Shown here in pieces: positions 29,743-39,871 of a stretch of DNA of 64,000 nt. Every line of letters starts with the position of its first letter. The stretch's first letter is position 1. Both the position numbers and the translations under genes were made by a program. The stretch is taken from positions 4,940-68,939 of the forward strand of contig CAJMDQ010000001.1 of the NCBI GenBank assembly GCA_905212195.1, written 5' to 3'. The notes beneath the pieces were generated by a model. That model saw only the letters and a program-made list of their open reading frames with translations. It had not been told where the DNA came from and did no database searches. This DNA is from an uncultured Anaerotignum sp. GTDB taxonomy: Bacteria > Bacillota > Clostridia > Lachnospirales > Anaerotignaceae.

Positions 29743-30745
29743 ATATGTGAGCAGTATTCTGTTTTTGTGCCTGCTCATCGGGATTACCATATACGTCCTT
29801 GTGGAAAACAATGATATGCGGGCTGTGGCAGGGGCAATGGCCCGAGCGGAACATATATGGATTTTGGCTGGTATTGTGACAGCGTTGTTTTTTGTGGCGG
29901 CGGAAGGCAGTATCATCTGTTATCTGCTGCGGGCCATCGGACAGAAGATGCCATTGCTGAAATGCATCAGCTGGTCGTTTATCGGATTTTTCTTCTCCGG
30001 TATCACGCCCTCTGCCACAGGCGGACAGCCTGCCCAGCTTTATTATATGAAAAAGGCGGGATTGCCATTGGCAGACAGTACACCGGTGCTGATGGTAGTG
30101 GCTGTGCTGTACAAATTTGTACTGGCGGTTTTGGGGCTGTTTATTGCAGTTTTCTGGCATAAACAGTTAGGTGCTTATTTTCAGGGATATTATTGGCTGT
30201 TCTATCTGGGAATCGTACTGAATGCCATATTGGTTGCCATACTGATATGGGTGATGGTAACGCCAGTTTGTGCGGAAAAAACAGCATTGTTTCTGGAAGG
30301 ATTGCTGGTGAAAATCAGATTGCTTCACCCTAAAGAAGAACGGAAAGAACATCTGCGGGAAGCAGTGGCAAGATATGGCGCGGTGGTACGATTTTTTCAG
30401 GAAAATCCAAGAAAAATCGTTGTGGCAACCATCATGACCCTTGTGCAGAGATGCAGCTTGTTTTTCCTGACATGGCTTATTTATCGCGCCATGGGACTGG
30501 AAGGCGTTGGTCTGTTTTGGATTATGGTGTTGCAGGCGACGGTATATATTGCAGTGGACATGCTGCCGTTTCCCGGGTCGGCAGGTATTTCGGAACTGGT
30601 TTATACGGCGGTATTTGCGTCCGTTTTTCCGGGGAGTGATCTGGCGGCATCCATGTGCATTTCCAGAGGCATCAGTTTTTATATGGTGCTGCTGGTAAGT
30701 TTAGGTGTTTGGTGTGTCTGCCATTTTCGCAGTCAAAGAACATAA
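29732..30745 (+). CDS. MprF/LPG-synthase TM-domain (flippase-like) membrane protein
   Basis: GFFFSGITPSATGGQP, PFPGSAGISE, RGISFY; about 8 TM segments. Confidence 0.88.
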   Translation: MVRKYVSSILFLCLLIGITIYVLVENNDMRAVAGAMARAEHIWILAGIVTALFFVAAEGSIICYLLRAIGQKMPLLKCISWSFIGFFFSGITPSATGGQPAQLYYMKKAGLPLADSTPVLMVVAVLYKFVLAVLGLFIAVFWHKQLGAYFQGYYWLFYLGIVLNAILVAILIWVMVTPVCAEKTALFLEGLLVKIRLLHPKEERKEHLREAVARYGAVVRFFQENPRKIVVATIMTLVQRCSLFFLTWLIYRAMGLEGVGLFWIMVLQATVYIAVDMLPFPGSAGISELVYTAVFASVFPGSDLAASMCISRGISFYMVLLVSLGVWCVCHFRSQRT

Positions 30746-30782
30746 ATCAATGAAAGGAAAAGGATAGAAAGAGGGAGCGACT

Positions 30783-31982
30783 ATGATGAAACAATGGAAG
30801 GGGAAACCTGATGTGATCGTGGCAGGTGCAGGCTTTGCAGGCGCCGTTGCGGCAAGAGAGCTGGCGGAAGCTGGAAAACAGGTGCTGGTACTGGAAAAAA
30901 GAGCGCACATTGGCGGAAATATGTATGAAGAAGAAAATGAAGCGGGTATCCGTATCCATGTTTATGGCCCTCATATCTTCCATACCAATGATGAGAACGT
31001 CTTTCATTATATCCGGCGTTTTGGAAAATGGAATACATATGAACATCGGGTAAAGGGCAAAATCAAAGAAAAAGAAGTTCCCATTCCTTTTAATTTTACT
31101 TCTTTGGAAGCCTTATTCCCTATGGAACAGGCAAAAAAACTGGAAGCGAAACTGCACAGAGCTTTTTCAGGCAAAACAAGAGTGACGGTTCTGGAACTGA
31201 TGGAACATACAGATCAGGAAATCGCAGAACTGGGACAATTTGTGTTTGACAATGTATTTAAAGGGTATACTGCAAAACAGTGGGGGATGCCTGTACTGGA
31301 AGTAGACCGTTCTGTCATCAGCCGTGTGCCTGTGGTGTTGGGCAGAGATGACCGTTATTTCGGCGACCGTTATCAGCTGATGCCGGCAGAAGGCTATACA
31401 AAGGTATTTGAAAATATGCTGCACCATAAGAATATTGTCTGTCAAACGGGTGTGGATGTGATGGACTTGTTGACATTGCAGCCGGACGGTACCATGCGTT
31501 TTGACGGAGAATTGTTTGACGGTATATTTATTTATACAGGTATGCCGGATTCCTTGCTGCAAAACTGCTTTGGATTCCTGCCATATCGTTCTTTGCGTCT
31601 GGATTTTGAAACATTGCAGCAGGAAGATTTTCAGTCTGCAAGCGTTGTAAATTATCCAAACAGCGAAGACTTTACCAGAATCACGGAATTTAAAAAATTG
31701 ACAGGACAGCAAAAGACAGGAGTTACCACAATCCTTCGTGAGTATCCCATGGCATTTACGGCAAATGCAGGGCAGGAAGCTTATTACCCCATTGAAAACA
31801 AACAGAACAGAAGCCTTTATGAAATGTACCGGAAGGCATTGCAGCAGTGGGACAACCTGTATCTTTGCGGAAGACTTGCGGAGTATCGCTATTACAATAT
31901 GGACGGCGCTATCCTGCGGGCGCTGGAATTGACGCAGGAGATTTTGCAAAAGGAAAAAGTATGTCTGGCGGCGAACGTATAA
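30783..31982 (+). CDS. glf: UDP-galactopyranose mutase
   Basis: GAGFAG, HIGGN, YGPHIFHT, YTAKQWG, LPYRSL, TRITEFK, GRLAEYRYYNMD. Confidence 0.96.
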   Translation: MMKQWKGKPDVIVAGAGFAGAVAARELAEAGKQVLVLEKRAHIGGNMYEEENEAGIRIHVYGPHIFHTNDENVFHYIRRFGKWNTYEHRVKGKIKEKEVPIPFNFTSLEALFPMEQAKKLEAKLHRAFSGKTRVTVLELMEHTDQEIAELGQFVFDNVFKGYTAKQWGMPVLEVDRSVISRVPVVLGRDDRYFGDRYQLMPAEGYTKVFENMLHHKNIVCQTGVDVMDLLTLQPDGTMRFDGELFDGIFIYTGMPDSLLQNCFGFLPYRSLRLDFETLQQEDFQSASVVNYPNSEDFTRITEFKKLTGQQKTGVTTILREYPMAFTANAGQEAYYPIENKQNRSLYEMYRKALQQWDNLYLCGRLAEYRYYNMDGAILRALELTQEILQKEKVCLAANV

Positions 31983-32137
31983 TGTGAATTTATACATGTT
32001 TTGTTGTATATTTATTTGCATTGACGTATCTTTTCTGGTATACTGATATGAAAGACGGAGAAATGGCATTGCAGAATTTGATACCACTGCGTGCAGTGGA
32101 GATGCTGTTTTGTAAGACAAGACAGGAGGTCGGAAAT

Positions 32138-32509
32138 ATGTCTGAAGACAAAATCACAAACGGGCAGATTCAGATCGCAGATGAAGTTATCGGTGTCATC
32201 GCTGTAACAGCGGCACTGGAAGTTGACGGCGTGACAGAAGGCGCTGGAAGCGGAAAAGGTTTTGTAGAGTTTTTCGGCAAGAAAAGCCAGACAAAATGTG
32301 CCAAAGTGGAAAGTGACGGCGATGAAGTGGTACTGGATATGGAAATCATCGTGAACTTTGGTACCAAAGTTCAGGTTGTTGCTGAAGAAGTGCAGAAGAG
32401 AGTCAAAAATGCCGTGGAAACCATGACAGGACTTTCTGTGCCTGTTGTCAATGTGGCAGTGGCAGGCATTGTGAAGGAAAAAACCGCAAAAGCGGACGAA
32501 GAAGAATAA
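32138..32509 (+). CDS. Asp23/Gls24 family protein
   Basis: IADEVI, ALEVDGV, VKNAVETMTGL; AGGAGG RBS; upstream of nusB. Confidence 0.92.
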   Translation: MSEDKITNGQIQIADEVIGVIAVTAALEVDGVTEGAGSGKGFVEFFGKKSQTKCAKVESDGDEVVLDMEIIVNFGTKVQVVAEEVQKRVKNAVETMTGLSVPVVNVAVAGIVKEKTAKADEEE

Positions 32510-32583
32510 AAAAACGGAATTATACCACTCCTGTATGGGAGTGGTATTTGTCCCTATTGTAATTAGAAAAGCGGAGGAAGATT

Positions 32584-32988
32584 ATGAGCCGAAGAAATGC
32601 GAGAAAAAATGCCTTTGTACTGTTGTTCCAGATGGAATTCAACGCAGCGGAAGAACAGGAACAGATGACAGATCTGTTTTTTGCGGAACAGGACGAAGTG
32701 GTAACAGAAGAAGACAAGGCTTACACCATGGCGGCAGTGGAAGGCACCAGAGCCAATCTGGAAGCCATTGACGCTGTCATTGACAGCTTTGCAAAAGGCT
32801 GGAACACCCAGAGAATGAACCGTGTGGATCTGGCGATTCTGCGACTGGCAGTATATGAACTGAAATACAGCAAAGACGCGCCTGTGGGCGTTGTTATCAA
32901 TGAAGCGGTGGAACTGGCGAAGAAATACAGCTCTGACGAAGCGCCTGCATTCATCAATGGTGTGCTGGGGAAAATCGCTTCTGCCTGA
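32584..32988 (+). CDS. nusB: Transcription antitermination factor NusB
   Basis: MSRRNAR, DLAILRLAVYE, INEAVELAKKY, FINGVL. Confidence 0.96.
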   Translation: MSRRNARKNAFVLLFQMEFNAAEEQEQMTDLFFAEQDEVVTEEDKAYTMAAVEGTRANLEAIDAVIDSFAKGWNTQRMNRVDLAILRLAVYELKYSKDAPVGVVINEAVELAKKYSSDEAPAFINGVLGKIASA

Positions 32989-33004
32989 AGGGAAATGAAC
33001 CGGT

Positions 33005-34240
33005 ATGATTGAACCGAAAATTTTTACGGTTGGACAAATCAACCGTTATATTCGCAATTTACTGGAAAACGATTTTATATTGAGCAGCCTTTTGGTGAAA
33101 GGGGAAATCTCCAATTTCAAAGCCCATAGCTCCGGGCATTTGTATTTTACGTTGAAAGATGCATCCGGTGCCCTGTCCTGCGTCATGTTCCGGCAGGATG
33201 CGGCAGGGCTGCCCTTTGAACCGGAAAATGGTATGCAGGTGGTGGTATATGGTCATATTTCTCTTTATGAGAAAACGGGACAATATCAGCTCTATGCGGA
33301 ATTTATGGAACCTTTGGGCATTGGAGCCTTACAGGTTGCTTTTGAACAGTTAAAAGAAAAACTGGCGGCAGAAGGATTATTTGACGGAGATTTCAAAAGA
33401 GAAATTCCGAAAAATCCTTCTTGTATTGCGGTTATCACATCTCCAACAGGTGCGGCGGTGCGGGATATCCTGCAAATTGTCAAGCGTCGAGACCCAAATG
33501 TGAAAGTGGCGATTTTTCCCACATTGGTACAGGGAGAACAAGCGGCGGCAGATATTGTCCGTTCCCTGAAACTGGTCAATGAATGGGGTAAGGCAGACGT
33601 CATCATTCTGGGGCGCGGCGGCGGCTCCATGGAAGATTTGTGGTGCTTCAATGACGAAAATGTGGCAAGAGCTGTTTTTGCGTCAGAGATTCCAGTGATT
33701 TCTGCTGTAGGTCATGAAACGGATTTTACCATCACAGATTTTGTGGCGGATATGCGTGCGCCTACGCCTTCCGCGGCGGCAGAACTGGCAACAACGCCTC
33801 TGACTGAACGGCGGGAAGCTTTTCACCGTCTGGAACTGCGGTTGGAACGAGATGTAAGTGCGCTTTTGACATCCTGCCGTAGACGACTGGATTTGTTGAA
33901 ATCCCGTCCTGTCATGGAAAGACCTTTGGAGCGGATTTACCGTACCATGATGGACGTGGAAGAAACCCAGCAGCGGCTGGATAGAGAAATGACCAACCGT
34001 CTGATGCAGCGGGCAGAACGGTGGCAGTACCTGACCAATCGTCTGGAAGCTGCGTCACCGCTGGCAGTCATGTCACGGGGATATGTGATGGCTGTCACAT
34101 CATCAGGAAAATTACTGACTTCCGTAAAACAGGCGGAAGTGGGGGATAGAGTCACTCTGCATTTGCAGGATGGCAAAATAGAAACGAATATTCAGGAAAA
34201 GGAGGTGTTTACCCATGGCGAAGAAGAAAGTCACCTTTGA
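33005..34240 (+). CDS. xseA: Exodeoxyribonuclease VII large subunit
   Basis: GEISN, SGHLYFTLKD, RGGGSMEDL, VGHETD, APTPSAAAE. Confidence 0.96.
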   Translation: MIEPKIFTVGQINRYIRNLLENDFILSSLLVKGEISNFKAHSSGHLYFTLKDASGALSCVMFRQDAAGLPFEPENGMQVVVYGHISLYEKTGQYQLYAEFMEPLGIGALQVAFEQLKEKLAAEGLFDGDFKREIPKNPSCIAVITSPTGAAVRDILQIVKRRDPNVKVAIFPTLVQGEQAAADIVRSLKLVNEWGKADVIILGRGGGSMEDLWCFNDENVARAVFASEIPVISAVGHETDFTITDFVADMRAPTPSAAAELATTPLTERREAFHRLELRLERDVSALLTSCRRRLDLLKSRPVMERPLERIYRTMMDVEETQQRLDREMTNRLMQRAERWQYLTNRLEAASPLAVMSRGYVMAVTSSGKLLTSVKQAEVGDRVTLHLQDGKIETNIQEKEVFTHGEEESHL

Positions 34241-34466
34241 AGAAGCCATGACACGGCTGGAAGAGATCGTTGACCGGCTGGAAAGGGAAGAAGTTCCTTT
34301 GGAAGAAGCAGTAAAGCTTTATCAGGAAGGCTTGAGTCTTTCGGCAGTCTGCAAGGAAAAACTGGCAGCGGCAGAGGGAAGCATTGTGATGCTGCGCAAA
34401 GAAGCAGGCTTATGGGAAGAAACACCTTTTGCAGAGGAGGATATGGAAAATGGACTTCAAAAGTGA
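34215..34466 (+). CDS. xseB: Exodeoxyribonuclease VII small subunit
   Basis: FEEAMTRLEEIV..LE...PLEEA...YQEG. Confidence 0.93.
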   Translation: MAKKKVTFEEAMTRLEEIVDRLEREEVPLEEAVKLYQEGLSLSAVCKEKLAAAEGSIVMLRKEAGLWEETPFAEEDMENGLQK

Positions 34467-35334
34467 TATGCAGGCACGCATTCAGGAAATCGAGGCTGCT
34501 TTGCAGACATATATACCCAAACAGGAGGCATTTCCTCCCGTGATTTTTGAAGCAATGGGCTACAGCCTTTTTGCTGGCGGCAAACGCCTGCCCCCTAGGA
34601 TGGTGCTGGCGGCATGCGAAGCCGTAGGCGGCAAAAAAGAAATGGCAATGCCTTTTGCCTGTGCTTTGGAAATGATTCATACATATTCTTTGATTCATGA
34701 CGACCTGCCTGCCATGGATAACGACGATTATCGCCGCGGCAGACTGACCAGCCATAAAGTATATGGCGAAGATATGGCAATTCTGGCAGGGGATGGTCTG
34801 CTCCATCACGCTATGGAAACCATGGCCCAGGCTTGTTATGAAAATCCTTGCAAGGAGACCACCGGCGCAATGCTTGCCATTGCCAAAGGCGCTGGTGTTC
34901 ATGGGATGCTCACCGGTCAGGTGGTAGACGTTTATTTTGAAGGCAAACCCATTGACAAAGAAACACTGGATTTTATCCACATCCACAAAACGGCGGCAAT
35001 GATTCGCGGCGCGCTGGAAGCAGGCGCCAGAGTTGGCGGCGCTTCTGAAGAAGTGGTGGAAAAATTCGGTCTGGCAGGCGAAAAAATCGGTGTGGCCTTC
35101 CAGATTCTGGACGATATTCTGGATGTGACCAGTACCATGGAAGAACTGGGTAAACCCATCCACAGTGATGAAAAAAATGAAAAGACAACTTATGTGACTT
35201 TGTACGGCATTGAAGAATCCAGAAAAATCGCCGCAAAACTTTCCGATGAAGCTGTGGCAATCTGGAAAGAATTGGGCGAATCCTGTGATTTCTTACAGAC
35301 ATTGACAAACTATTTGCTGCAAAGAACATATTGA
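34450..35334 (+). CDS. ispA: Farnesyl/geranylgeranyl diphosphate synthase
   Basis: SLIHDDLPAMD, RRG, GQ, KT, FQILDDILD; GGKRLRP motif reads GGKRLPP. Confidence 0.93.
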   Translation: MDFKSDMQARIQEIEAALQTYIPKQEAFPPVIFEAMGYSLFAGGKRLPPRMVLAACEAVGGKKEMAMPFACALEMIHTYSLIHDDLPAMDNDDYRRGRLTSHKVYGEDMAILAGDGLLHHAMETMAQACYENPCKETTGAMLAIAKGAGVHGMLTGQVVDVYFEGKPIDKETLDFIHIHKTAAMIRGALEAGARVGGASEEVVEKFGLAGEKIGVAFQILDDILDVTSTMEELGKPIHSDEKNEKTTYVTLYGIEESRKIAAKLSDEAVAIWKELGESCDFLQTLTNYLLQRTY

Positions 35335-35356
35335 GCAAAAGAAAGAAGATGATTCT

Positions 35357-35785
35357 ATGGGATTTGAATCGTTTTTATGGAATAAACCTTTTTGGGCGGC
35401 AATCATTTCCTGGGCATTGGCGCAGGGATTTAAGACCATCCGTCCCATTGTGACAGAGAGAAAATTTGATGCCAGCAGATTGACTGGGACAGGCGGTATG
35501 CCCAGTTCTCATTCATCTCTGGTCATGGCACTGACCACCAGCGTGGGGAAGTATAACGGTTTTGATTCGGCATTGTTTGCCATCTCGCTGATTTTTTCCT
35601 TTGTGGTCATGTACGATGCGGCAGGGATCCGGCGTGCAGCCGGCAAACAGGCGGAGATCATCAACTACATGATTGAGCATCATAAACTGCCGGAACTGCA
35701 GAAAGTAAAGGAACTGCTGGGTCATACGCCATTGGAGGTATTTGTGGGAGCGATTTTGGGGATCGTCGTAGGATTGTTGTTTTAA
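35357..35785 (+). CDS. Divergent PAP2 family membrane protein (DUF212)
   Basis: GGMPSSHS, VMYDAAGIRRAAG, ELLGHTP. Confidence 0.92.
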   Translation: MGFESFLWNKPFWAAIISWALAQGFKTIRPIVTERKFDASRLTGTGGMPSSHSSLVMALTTSVGKYNGFDSALFAISLIFSFVVMYDAAGIRRAAGKQAEIINYMIEHHKLPELQKVKELLGHTPLEVFVGAILGIVVGLLF

Positions 35786-35799
35786 GATAAGGAGAGCAG

Positions 35800-37680
35800 G
35801 TGATTTGTGTGGGCGGAATATTGGACCGTATCCAATCTCCGGAAGACTTGAAAAAGTTGAATTTACAGGAAATGGAGCAGCTTTGTAAAGAACTGCGCCG
35901 CTTCCTTCTTCGGGCAGTTTCGAAAACCGGCGGTCACCTGGCATCCAATCTGGGTGTGGTAGAGCTGACGGTGGCGCTGGAATACTGTTTCAGACTGCCT
36001 CAGGATAAAATCGTATGGGATGTAGGCCATCAGGCATATATCCATAAAATACTGACAGGACGTAAAGATGGTTTTTCCGCTTTGCGTCAGCTGGACGGGC
36101 TCAGTGGGTTCCCGAAACCCCATGAAAGTGCTTGTGACGCTTTTGCGGCAGGTCATAGCTCCACATCTATTTCAGCGGCTTTGGGGATTGCCAAAGCAAG
36201 AGATTTGCAGGGCAGAAAAAATCATGTCATTGCTGTCATCGGCGATGGTTCCATGACAGGCGGCTTGGCTTATGAAGCGCTGAATAATGCGGGCAGAGAA
36301 AATACAGACCTGATTGTTGTTTTGAATGATAACCAGATGTCCATTGACACCAACGTGGGTGCCATCAGTAAGCATTTGAACTCCCTGCGTACCAGCAACC
36401 GGTATCAGGCCTTTAAAGATAATTTCAAACAATTCCGTGATATGGTGCCTGTTATTGGAAAACCTGCTTATTCTGTACTGGAAAAGGTAAGGGACAGCGC
36501 AAAGCTGCTTCTGCTGGAAGGTGCTGTGTTTGAAGGCATGGGCTTTAAATATATCGGTCCTGTAGATGGACATGATTTGCCGGAATTGATCGAACTGTTC
36601 AAAAATGTACAGCAGATGCATGGACCGATTTTGATTCATGTGAAAACAGAAAAAGGGAAGGGCTATCCTTATGCAGAAGAACGTCCTTGGGATTACCATG
36701 GCGTGAGTCCTTTTGATCTGCGGACAGGGGAACCCCTTTCCAAGAGCAACAAACCCAGCTGGTCTGCTGTATTTGGCAATAAAATTGTGGAAATCGCGAA
36801 ACGGAATCCAAAAGTTGTGGGTATCACTGCTGCCATGTGCAGCGGCACAGGATTCCAGAAATTCCGGAAAGAATTTCCGAAACGTTTCTTTGACGTTGCC
36901 ATTGCGGAGCAGCATGGGACAACCTTTGCGGCAGGGCTGGCAAGTCAGGGGATGATTCCTGTTTTTGCGGTATATTCCTCTTTCCTGCAGCGTGCTTATG
37001 ACCAGATTATCCATGATGTGTGCATGGAAAATCTTCATGTGGTATTTGCTATCGACCGTGCAGGGATTGTCGGCGCTGACGGGGAGACCCATCAGGGGGT
37101 ATTTGACCTTTCTTTCCTGCGTCATATCCCCAATATGACAGTGCTGTCACCCAAGAATGGATGGGAACTGGAAGCAATGCTGGATTATGCAGTGAATGTC
37201 TGCAAAGGCCCTGTAGCAGTGCGTTATCCCAGAGGAACTGCATCAGAAAACTTTGAAATGCAGCGTCTGCCTGTGGAATACGGCAAGGCAGAATGGATTG
37301 CCAAAGGGGAAGACATTGCCATTCTGGCAGAAGGTCATATGCTGGATGCGGCTTATGGCGCAGTGGAACGTCTGCGGGCAGAAGGAAAAAATCCTTCTCT
37401 TGTAAATATCCGTTTCATCCGTCCTCTGGATGGAGAAATTTTGCGGGCAGTGGCAGAAAATTGCAGCCATATTTTCACAGTGGAAGATAATGTCCGTGAC
37501 GGCGGCTTTGGTTCCGCAGTGCTTGAATTTTACAGCGACAATGACATTGCAGCCAATGTGAAAAACCTGGCGTTCCCCGATGAATACATCGAACAGGGGA
37601 CACAGGCGCAGCTGTTTGCAAAATATGGTCTGGATGCAGAAGGGATTTATCAATCCATCAAAAAAACGTTGGGAGAGTAA
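35800..37680 (+). CDS. dxs: 1-deoxy-D-xylulose-5-phosphate synthase
   Basis: GGHLASNLG, WDVGHQ, GHSSTS, GDGSMTGG, IAEQH, DGETHQG; start may be GTG 35809. Confidence 0.97.
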   Translation: MICVGGILDRIQSPEDLKKLNLQEMEQLCKELRRFLLRAVSKTGGHLASNLGVVELTVALEYCFRLPQDKIVWDVGHQAYIHKILTGRKDGFSALRQLDGLSGFPKPHESACDAFAAGHSSTSISAALGIAKARDLQGRKNHVIAVIGDGSMTGGLAYEALNNAGRENTDLIVVLNDNQMSIDTNVGAISKHLNSLRTSNRYQAFKDNFKQFRDMVPVIGKPAYSVLEKVRDSAKLLLLEGAVFEGMGFKYIGPVDGHDLPELIELFKNVQQMHGPILIHVKTEKGKGYPYAEERPWDYHGVSPFDLRTGEPLSKSNKPSWSAVFGNKIVEIAKRNPKVVGITAAMCSGTGFQKFRKEFPKRFFDVAIAEQHGTTFAAGLASQGMIPVFAVYSSFLQRAYDQIIHDVCMENLHVVFAIDRAGIVGADGETHQGVFDLSFLRHIPNMTVLSPKNGWELEAMLDYAVNVCKGPVAVRYPRGTASENFEMQRLPVEYGKAEWIAKGEDIAILAEGHMLDAAYGAVERLRAEGKNPSLVNIRFIRPLDGEILRAVAENCSHIFTVEDNVRDGGFGSAVLEFYSDNDIAANVKNLAFPDEYIEQGTQAQLFAKYGLDAEGIYQSIKKTLGE

Positions 37681-37683
37681 GTT

Positions 37684-38502
37684 ATGGCAGAAAAAGTGGA
37701 AAAGGAACGGCTGGATGTGCTCTTGGTGCAGCGTGGGCTGGCACCGGGCAGAGATCAGGCGAAAGCATATATTATGGCAGGCAATGTTTATGTGGACGGC
37801 ATGAAAGAAGATAAAGCCGGCACAAAGATTCCTGTAACTGCGGAAATCGAAGTGCGGGATGCAGCCATGAAATATGTCAGCCGCGGCGGCTATAAACTGG
37901 AAAAAGCCATGGAAGTTTTCCCCATTACACTGACAGATAAAATCTGTCTGGATATTGGCGCTTCCACTGGCGGTTTCACAGACTGTATGCTGCAAAACGG
38001 CGCTGCAAAGGTATATTCCATCGACGTTGGATATGGTCAGTTTGCATGGAAACTGCGCAATGACCCCAGAGTCGTTTGTCTGGAAAAAACCAATGTGCGC
38101 TATGTGACGCAGGAACAGGTGCCCGATGCGGCGGATTTTGCGTCCATTGACGTATCTTTTATTTCCCTGACAAAAGTTCTGCCTGCCGTATTGGGTGTTA
38201 TGAAAGAGGATGGACAGCTGGTCTGCCTCATCAAACCTCAGTTTGAAGCAGGAAGAGAAAAAGTAGGGAAAAATGGTGTTGTCAAAGACATTGCTGTACA
38301 TAAAGAAGTCATTCTCATGATTGCGGATTATGCTATGGCAAATGGTCTGGGCGTGATGGGACTGGATTTCTCCCCCATCAAAGGACCAAAAGGCAACATC
38401 GAATACTTGATTTACTTGGATAAAAAACAGCCAGGTGCAACAAAAGAAGAAGTTCATACATGGGTAGAAGAAATCGCAGCAAAATCACATGAAGTTTTAT
38501 AA
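37684..38502 (+). CDS. tlyA: TlyA family rRNA methyltransferase
   Basis: S4 ERLDVLL, YVSRGGYKL, DIGASTGGFTD, IKPQFE, GNIEY. Confidence 0.95.
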   Translation: MAEKVEKERLDVLLVQRGLAPGRDQAKAYIMAGNVYVDGMKEDKAGTKIPVTAEIEVRDAAMKYVSRGGYKLEKAMEVFPITLTDKICLDIGASTGGFTDCMLQNGAAKVYSIDVGYGQFAWKLRNDPRVVCLEKTNVRYVTQEQVPDAADFASIDVSFISLTKVLPAVLGVMKEDGQLVCLIKPQFEAGREKVGKNGVVKDIAVHKEVILMIADYAMANGLGVMGLDFSPIKGPKGNIEYLIYLDKKQPGATKEEVHTWVEEIAAKSHEVL

Positions 38503-38522
38503 CGCTGCATGGGGGCGAAGGT

Positions 38523-39374
38523 ATGAAAAAAGTAGGAATACTTCCAAATTTGGAGAAGGATAAGGATTTTGCGGTAACCAATCGGCTGCTGCAATATTTG
38601 AAATTGAAAGAGTGTCAGCCACGTTTGTCCATGAAGGCGGCAAAACTTGCCGGATTGGAGGAATATGGCTGCTTAGAAGAAGAACTGTATCGGGATTCAG
38701 ATTTTTTAATCTCTTTGGGCGGCGACGGTACCCTTCTCGGTGTCGGCAGAAAGTCTGCGCCCTATGGTACACCGATTTTGGGCATCAATTTAGGGACGCT
38801 GGGATTTTTGACGGCGGAAGAGAAAAATCATGCGGAGTATGCCATTGATAAAGTGCTGGCAGGCGATTATAAAATGGAAAAACGCATGATGCTGCAGGCG
38901 ACCATCGCCACAGACATGGAGCGGATTGAAGGGATTCTTGCCCTCAATGACATTTGTATCACCAGAGGTTTGCTCTATAAGATTCTGGAATTTAATATTT
39001 ATGTCAATGAGGAATATGTGGATACCCTTCGGGCGGATGGTGTTATTATCTGTACGCCTACAGGCTCCACGGCGTATAATCTGTCTGCTGGCGGCCCCGT
39101 TCTGAAAGCAGATGCGCAGATTATTGCCATTACGCCCATTTCTGCCCATACCCTTACAAGCCGTTCCATTGTGGTTTCGGCTGACGATGTGGTGACAGTG
39201 GAAATCAATCCCAGAGAAGAGGCGGATTTTACCGTCAGTGCCGATGGGCAGGATGCCTGGACGCTGACAGGTAAAAAAGTTGTACAGGTGAAAAAAGCAA
39301 AGGAATATGCTTCCATTATCAAAACAAATCCGCAGAGTTTTTATGACGTACTGCGTCAGAAACTCAGCAGATAG
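38523..39374 (+). CDS. nadK: NAD kinase
   Basis: LGGDGT, GTLGFL, LND, TPTGSTAYNLSAGG. Confidence 0.95.
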   Translation: MKKVGILPNLEKDKDFAVTNRLLQYLKLKECQPRLSMKAAKLAGLEEYGCLEEELYRDSDFLISLGGDGTLLGVGRKSAPYGTPILGINLGTLGFLTAEEKNHAEYAIDKVLAGDYKMEKRMMLQATIATDMERIEGILALNDICITRGLLYKILEFNIYVNEEYVDTLRADGVIICTPTGSTAYNLSAGGPVLKADAQIIAITPISAHTLTSRSIVVSADDVVTVEINPREEADFTVSADGQDAWTLTGKKVVQVKKAKEYASIIKTNPQSFYDVLRQKLSR

Positions 39375-39388
39375 AGAATAGAAAGGTT

Positions 39389-39853
39389 GTGACGAGTTTG
39401 AAAATTGCCAGACATGCGAAAATATTGGAACTGATCGAAAAATACGATATTGAAACCCAGGACGAATTGGCGCAGAAACTGTGTGAAGAAGGCTTTATGG
39501 TTACACAGGCAACTGTTTCCAGAGACATCCGGGAAATGAAGCTGACAAAAATCGCCACTGAGCGGGGAAAACAGAAATATTCTGTCATTACCGGCAATGA
39601 TACGGAAATTACAGAACGTTTGACACGTGTATTCAAAGAAGCAGTTGTAAAAATGGACTATGCACAGAATATGATTGTTATCAAAACTCTGGAAGGTATG
39701 GGCATGGCAGTAGCAGTTGCGCTGGATAACATGCAGAACCCGGAAATCCTGGGTACCATTGCCGGGGACGATACCGTATTCTGCGTAGTCAGAACACATA
39801 ATCAGGCAGCGGTGATTATTGAAAAGCTGTATCGTATCATTCATAGTGCCTAA
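39389..39853 (+). CDS. argR: Arginine repressor
   Basis: TQDEL, TQATVSRDI, GTIAGDDT; start GTG 39389 or TTG 39398. Confidence 0.95.
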   Translation: MTSLKIARHAKILELIEKYDIETQDELAQKLCEEGFMVTQATVSRDIREMKLTKIATERGKQKYSVITGNDTEITERLTRVFKEAVVKMDYAQNMIVIKTLEGMGMAVAVALDNMQNPEILGTIAGDDTVFCVVRTHNQAAVIIEKLYRIIHSA

Positions 39854-39871
39854 GAAACGGGGAATGTAAAA

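Noticed and set aside
32522..32547. Hairpin ATACCACTCC/GGAGTGGTAT between asp23 and nusB
   Set aside because: Ordinary intra-operon stem or weak terminator; no further structure
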